Source: the human T2T-CHM13v2.0 reference genome, Homo sapiens
Strand: one strand, 5' to 3'
NCBI RefSeq assembly: GCF_009914755.1
Contig: NC_060935.1
DNA length: 64,000 bases
Made by a program: the position numbers and the translations under genes. Of the stretch, positions 55,032-64,000 are shown piece by piece; within the stretch, counting starts at the first letter, position 1; the number at the start of each line of letters is the position of its first letter. The notes under the pieces are model-generated. The model ran no database searches. It saw only the letters and a program-made list of their open reading frames with translations, and was not told the DNA's origin.

Positions 55032-57955
55032 CATATATTTAATCTCCGGCAGATCCTACACCCTGTCTGGTAAAGAAAGAGGACCCCCAACTTGGCAAAG
55101 AGCCATAGATTCTAATCCCAGAGCTGCCATTAACTATCTCTGCCAGGTGAAGCAAGTCATTTTCCCTCTCTGGAACTGGTTTCCCCATTTGTAAGATGAG
55201 AGGCTTGTACTACATGGCTTCTATCATCGAGAGTTTGATGTGATCCTCATTAGCAACTTTGAGATAGACTTAGAGTATAAATTATTAGTCTCATAAGGAA
55301 AACAAGATCCAGAAAGGTTAAATCTATACCAATGATTACCTAATTCATGTTTTCATCTGCTCTTTTCTGCAAGGCTGTTAGGGCGGGATAAAATGAGGGG
55401 CGTCACGTTTTCTAATAGTTACTGGGAAGAAAAATTTGGAATATGGTTTTCCCACCCCTTTTCCCTAAAGGATTTCTTTCTGAATGTATTTTTCCCTTTT
55501 AGTCACTTGAATTATTCCATTATTGTTTACTTATGTAGATTCAAATATAAATATAGTTTAAAAAATGGTACCATAGAGACCCAGCATAAAACTATGAGTT
55601 TCTTACTACATCACAGGATTTTTTAAAACAGTTATATCTTATGCATCTACATAGTCCTGGAGTCCGAAACAATGTTAGGCATGTAATTGGTGATTAATGA
55701 TCACTGTTTAATAAGGCAGGGTGGTGAGCAGATAGGGGTCCAGACAGAATGCCAGGTACTGTATCTGACTGCTACTCAATTTGTGGTTTTAGACAACTAG
55801 CTTAGTAGGAGTCTTGGTTTAAGACCACTAGCTCAATAGGAGTCAAGGTACTTAGAAGGAAGCTTAGGGGAGCCAGAAAAATATGGATTCAAACTCTGGC
55901 TCTGACACCAATTGAATGGCCTGAATTTCAGTTTCCCCATATGCAAAATGGAGATAATAATGCCTATCTCATTGTCATGGATATATATAATACTAGTAGA
56001 TGGTAGGGACTCAGTAAAGATGGGTTCCACTTCATGAAAGAAGATGTACAAGATACTTTGCAGGGAACCATGAGCAGCAGGGGAAGTCTTTTGTTCTTGG
56101 GCATATTTAAATTAATGCCCCCCAAAAATGGCATTTTTAAAAAATCATTGCTGTATCCATCAGTGGAATGTGTGTGTGGACCTGCAGGAACACACTGAGT
56201 ATGCATGCACTCCTCAATCTCTCATCTATAGATAATACCCAGGGAATATATCAGATCTTCAAGAGGAACATGGTGTTTTTCCTTTTGCAGCCATCCTTTT
56301 GGCACTCCAGAGACTGCCACCTGGCAGACCATGAGCACATTTTCTTGGAAGTTCATTAGGGAAGTCCAATGTTCTAAGAGTTTGAAATTCAGACTTTTCT
56401 AAAATCCGGTGCATTTAATTTTCTATTATTTGCATGCAGACTATCTATTTGGTATATAGTATGTCAAACCGTGAATCCAGCCTGTTTTCTTCCTGACACC
56501 TCAAGTAATTCCCAAAAATCTTTGATATATTTTATTGGTGGATGATCGCAGAATGTAAATTATTTTAATATCATTTTTAAAAAGGTATAACAACAACAAA
56601 ATGAAGTTCCAGAAAAGTAAATCTACTTTAAAAATATGTAGATATGATTCCAGATATTTTGTATTATCCTGTGCTTTTGAATTACTCATCCCATAGAGGT
56701 GATCTCATTACTTCATAGGTAAATTTTACCCATCCTTCTAGGTCCGGTGCAAATGACATTTCTTTTACAAAGCCCTCCTTTTCCCCAATTCCAGAATGGT
56801 TGATGAGCACTTGCACAGGGCCAGTTCTGTAGCAGCAGACATTAATTTGTAAGTGAGTAAAATACACAATTAAGAATTTACTGTATAAAATTTATGTTTA
56901 GCAGAGCTGCTGGATTTTTATCTTAATCCTTCATAACTGCAGACTTCCAGACTGGGTTGGAGCCTCACTGATTCTAGCTTAGCAAGTATATAGATCTCCC
57001 CAGCAACCAAAATAGTTCTGGTCAGGCGCAGGTGACAGCTGGGGCTGGAGCCACCAGTTGCCTTTGTTGTCAAGATGCCTCTAAAGGATCTGATGTGGGG
57101 TGATTATTAAAAACAATAGTGAATTTTTTTGTTCCTGTCACATACCAACTACCCATCATACATTATCTCAGATTCTGACAACAACCATGCAAATTTTCAC
57201 CATTTCAGAGATGAGAAACTGAGATTTAAAGAGATTAGTTTACTTCCCCAAGGTCACTGAGCTGGTACATCATTGTATACTGACTCTGAGTGAACTATAG
57301 GCATAATCTACTCTTGCTTGGACTTATAGTAGGTTCTCAGCAAGTAGTGATTACTATTATTCTCCTTATCATTATTTTTGAAAGGGATGAGTATAGGTCT
57401 TTTAAGAAATTCCAAACATTCTTTCTACTGTATCAGGGTACTCCTATCTTCTTTCCTTTGCCTCCTTTCTGGCTGAAAATGATGATAGGAAAAGATGGTC
57501 ACTCCTTTGGTATCAAATGATGTAATTCATAGGAAAGTACTTTGAAAGCTGTATTTATGAAATTTTATGTATTTTATAATTTGGGGTATTTTATAAAACT
57601 AATAGTTATTATTCCTCTGTTTTTATAATTATGAGCCCTTCTGGGTAGTAATCTTATCTTATTCTTTGCATCCACAGAGCGGGTACTTAGGTGAAGTTTA
57701 ATAAATATATTGCACATAATATTTAATACAATTGCATTTTCTTGCTTTAAAAGGTATATTGGGATCTGTGGGAAAGTCTGGGTTTGGTCTGGGCCAACCC
57801 AGGAGCAGCCTGGTTCAATAGCAACTCAAGCAAGATATATATAGTCTGTCAGAGTGGGGCTCATTTGTTCATTTGACAATGGTATAATGAGTGTCTAATA
57901 TATGCCAGGAACTGCTCCAGACAAGGAGGAGACAACCATGAACAAGAGAGGTAAA

Positions 57956-58061
57956 GTAGAGATGGGGTTTCACCATGTTGCCCAGGCTGGTCTCTAACTC
58001 CTGAGCTCAGGCAATTCACCCACCTCGGCCTCCCAAAGTGCTGAGATTACAGGCGTGAGCC
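57956..58061 (-). mobile_element. Alu left-arm fragment without tail
   Basis: gtagagatggggtttcaccatgttgcccaggctgg...acaggcgtgagcc. Confidence 0.9.
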
Positions 58062-58490
58062 TGTAAAGGATGAAGGAAGAAGATGATGCATAAGAAAATG
58101 ACAGACTGCATTAGGGAATGAAGAAAATGAAAATGGCTAAAGTGAAAGAGTGTTAAGAAGAAGGGCAGAGTATGTGGCTACTTTAGATAGGGTGGTCAAG
58201 AGAGGCCTCTTAGAAGGGGTGGCATTTGCTGTGGAACTGGGTGAGAAATGGAGTTGGCCATGTCTAGATCTGGAAGAAGAGTGTCCAGTAATCATCAAGA
58301 CCATGCATCAGAGCTAGGATTGGCATATTTGAGGGACAGTAGGCCAGTGTAGCCTAAGTATAGTGAGCTCAGAAAAGTACCCAGGAACCAGGTTTGTTAG
58401 GCCCCTATTAGCCCCAGTCAAGAATTTGGTTTTAATTCCAGATCAATGAGAAAGCCATTGGAGGGTTTCAAGTAAAAGAATGATATTCTT

Positions 58491-58823
58491 GGCCGGGCAC
58501 AGTGGCTCACACCTGTAATCCCAACACTTTGGGAGGCCAAGGCGGGCAAATCACTTGAAGCCAGGAGTTCAAGACCATGGTGAAACCCTAGATATACTAA
58601 AAATAGAAAAATTAGCCAGACATGGTGGCGCATGCCTGTAATCTCAGCTACTCGGGAGGCTGAGGTATGGAAACTGCTTGAGCCTAAAAGGCAGAGGTTG
58701 CAGTGAGTCAAGATCATATCATCGCACTCCAGCCTGGCTAACAGAGGGGAACTCTGTCTCAAAAAAAAAAACAACAAAACAACAACAACAAAAAAAAACA
58801 AACGAACAACAACAACAAAAAAA
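58491..58823 (+). mobile_element. Alu (S/J) with (CAA)n tail
   Basis: ggccgggcacagtggctcacacctgtaatccc... Confidence 0.92.
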
Positions 58824-59029
58824 CCATGAGTTATATCTCTGACTTATGCTTAAAAACATCTCTGGCTGCTAGTGGAAGATGGATTGAAGAAAGGTAAAAA
58901 ATGTAAGCAGGGAAACCAATTGAAAAGTGATAACTTTCTTATTTTATTCTTATTTTTATTATTTTAATTTTTATTCTTATTTTTTCCACTTGGCCTATGA
59001 ATTATTATTTGCAGTTTTACTCATCATAG

Positions 59030-61150
<2,121 letters not shown>

Positions 61151-61472
61151 TATAACTGAATAATTTATTTTCAATAGTTCATACTTCTCTCTTAGATGGC
61201 TATAGATCTACCTTTGAGAAATGAGAAATTTCTGAAAAGGGGTGTGAAGTTACATATATTTTATAGACAAAGAGCATGGCCAAGGCAATGTTTGTAATTC
61301 AAAGTGTTGCTCACAAACTCTAGTTTAATGCTTTTCCTTTAAGTGTGGTTATTTGTTTTTGTATCTTTGTGTGAGTGAGAGCGAGAGTGTAAAAAAATGA
61401 AGAGAAGGGGGAAAAGAGATATCAAGCAAATATAAAAGAAGAGAAGGCAAACGGGAAAGGTCTGAACCTTTA

Positions 61473-61832
<360 letters not shown>

Positions 61833-61869
61833 TTAAAACTTAAAACAAATTTTAAACTCTTACAATATT

Positions 61870-62105
61870 AGCTAAAGTATTGAATGCTCATCATATGCCA
61901 GGCATTGTTCTAAGTGCTTCACATATTTTAATTTATTAAATCTTTACAACAACACTTTATGGCAGGTGCCTGATTTATCTTCATTTTACAGATTATAAAA
62001 CTGAGATGGCATAACTTGCCCAAGGTCCATGGTCAATAGGCAGAAGTTGGCATTTGATCCCAGGTGATCTGCATCCAAAAAATCCCCACTTTTAACCTCT
62101 ATGCT
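61870..62105 (-). mobile_element. MIR
   Basis: tattgaatgctcatcatatgccaggcattgttctaagtgct...cattttacaga...aacttgcccaaggtc. Confidence 0.8.
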
Positions 62106-62117
62106 GCCTTCATATTA

Positions 62118-62377
<260 letters not shown>

Positions 62378-64000
62378 TCCGGGGTAAGTTCTGTTAAACT
62401 AGACATCACTGGGATTTGGTGCTGGTGAGAGATACTTGGCAATTAAAGAGATGGACACTCTATTGGTCCACCGATTTTTCATACTGGGCTCTTTTAGCAT
62501 CTTCTATTCATCAGCTTCAGTCACCAGTACTGTCTTTTGATGGTCAAGTGACTTTCAAATATGGACAAAAGTTGATGAGTGACTCAGGGAGATTTTTCAG
62601 TGCCTCGCTTCTTAGTCTGAACTGCTTGAGAAACCAGATGACCATGATTGTGATGACCCATCTTTTGGAGTTTGAAAACATTGTCTCCCTGAAATATTAG
62701 TAATTCACACCAGGAGACTTTCAGCCTTGTTCTGCTTCTGACTTTGGGATGGTAAGATTGGGAGGGTGGATACGGATCCACACTAGAGGCATGGAGTGTC
62801 TCTAGGATGTTTGTTTCCACATCTTTAGCTGAGAGTTGAGATAGCCTTAGGATGAGCTCTTCCTGTGATCTTTGAGATTTCAGGAAAGAAGAGATAGCAG
62901 ATTGCAGGCTATTATTATGGCAAGATCATTTCTCTTTGGCCACCACACAGTTGTTCCCTGAGTCACAAACTACTCAATTCAGTAGCTGTCGAACTAAACT
63001 GCCTTTGAAATTCAGAGGAGAGTCTGTGTACGCCAAAACCAAGCCCCTGAGTCACCCAGCACACAGCAGGAATACAGCCGTGAACAGGGTCATAAGTAGT
63101 GCCAGAATCCACCCCTTGCAGCAAGTGTGGACCTTCAAGTGCCCGTTCTACAGGAATCATCCCAGGTCATAAAATCTCATGTCCTCGCAGACAGGAGGTA
63201 CCATTGTCTGTTCCCTCTACCGTCTGCAAGGTTCGTGATTAGTGAATCATCTCCCTAAGTATCTTTTTACGTGGACTGAGCCATGTATTATGAAGATCCT
63301 GTTTGATTTGTAATATCTAAGGAAACTGCATTAGACATTATAGTTTATGAACAAAATAGGTGGTGTTTGTATTTGGAAATGTAACATCTTACTTACTGGG
63401 AAGACCTGGATTTGAACAGATCTACCTGGGCCTATTATAGAACAAAAAACTTGGTGTCTTTTTTCTCTGGTCACCACAGTTCTGCAATTATTCTATATAA
63501 TTGTTGTTTTCTTTTCTTTTTGGAAGGAGTCTCCTGTTGAAGAAAGAATCTAAAGAAATGCATAAGTTCCAGGGAATTTTCCTCTAAGACTAATAACAAC
63601 AAGATAGCTTTGCCTCTATTTATTTATATTCATTATGTTTTACTCATGAAAGATACGTGTCTTCTTCAGAGATCCTGGGTTAGAATTTTTTGTTTTCCTT
63701 GTCCTGGTTGAAGAAGAATCTCAAACCCTGATGCTGTTTTTGTTTTATGTATTTCAAGAAGAATTTTGGATGGTGCTTGACAACTTACGCCTTCTATAAA
63801 AACAAGAAATATTCTTTTACACTCTGTATATGAAAGATATTGTCCAACTGACATTTCACCAAACAAAGGAATTGAGCCACCTTGTGCTCTACATATTTGT
63901 TTAAATATTTGGGAGCTATTGTTTTGAGAGTCACCCATGGTAATAATGGCCAACTCAAAAAATGTCCTACTGAAGGGTTGGTTAAATATTGGCTCAGTTT

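Larger units (their letters stand above)
57860..58900 (-). mobile_element. L2 fragment interrupted by two Alus
   Basis: tcatttgttcattt...tgagtgtctaatatatgccagg...gatagggtggtcaagagaggcctct...gaaagccattggagggtttcaag. Confidence 0.7.

Overview
Primate, probably human, genomic DNA: 18 Alu elements, many MIR/L2/L1M relics and one MER45. I see no intact protein-coding exon. Left end (1-5 kb): transposon-free promoter and non-coding first exon of a minus-strand gene that runs off the window, with a purine-tract promoter, a CAG|GTATGA donor at 1644 and an intronic CRE module. 18-31 kb: a ~13 kb transposon-free block holding several CpG islands and an apparent bidirectional promoter, with opposite-facing splice donors at 24740 (-) and 24882 (+). 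Main observation: from ~30.8 to 50 kb the + strand carries about 11 exon-like segments in AT-rich, repeat-poor islands. They have AG/GT boundaries, mutually compatible splice phases and scattered, mostly TAA, stops. This suggests a decayed multi-exon protein-coding gene (candidate unitary pseudogene) under the divergent promoter, with a weak by-eye resemblance to LRRIQ3-type proteins. A second, weaker set of exon-like segments lies at 56-64 kb. I cannot confirm the locus identity, so no gene symbols are given. All calls are by eye, and boundaries of old repeats are approximate.
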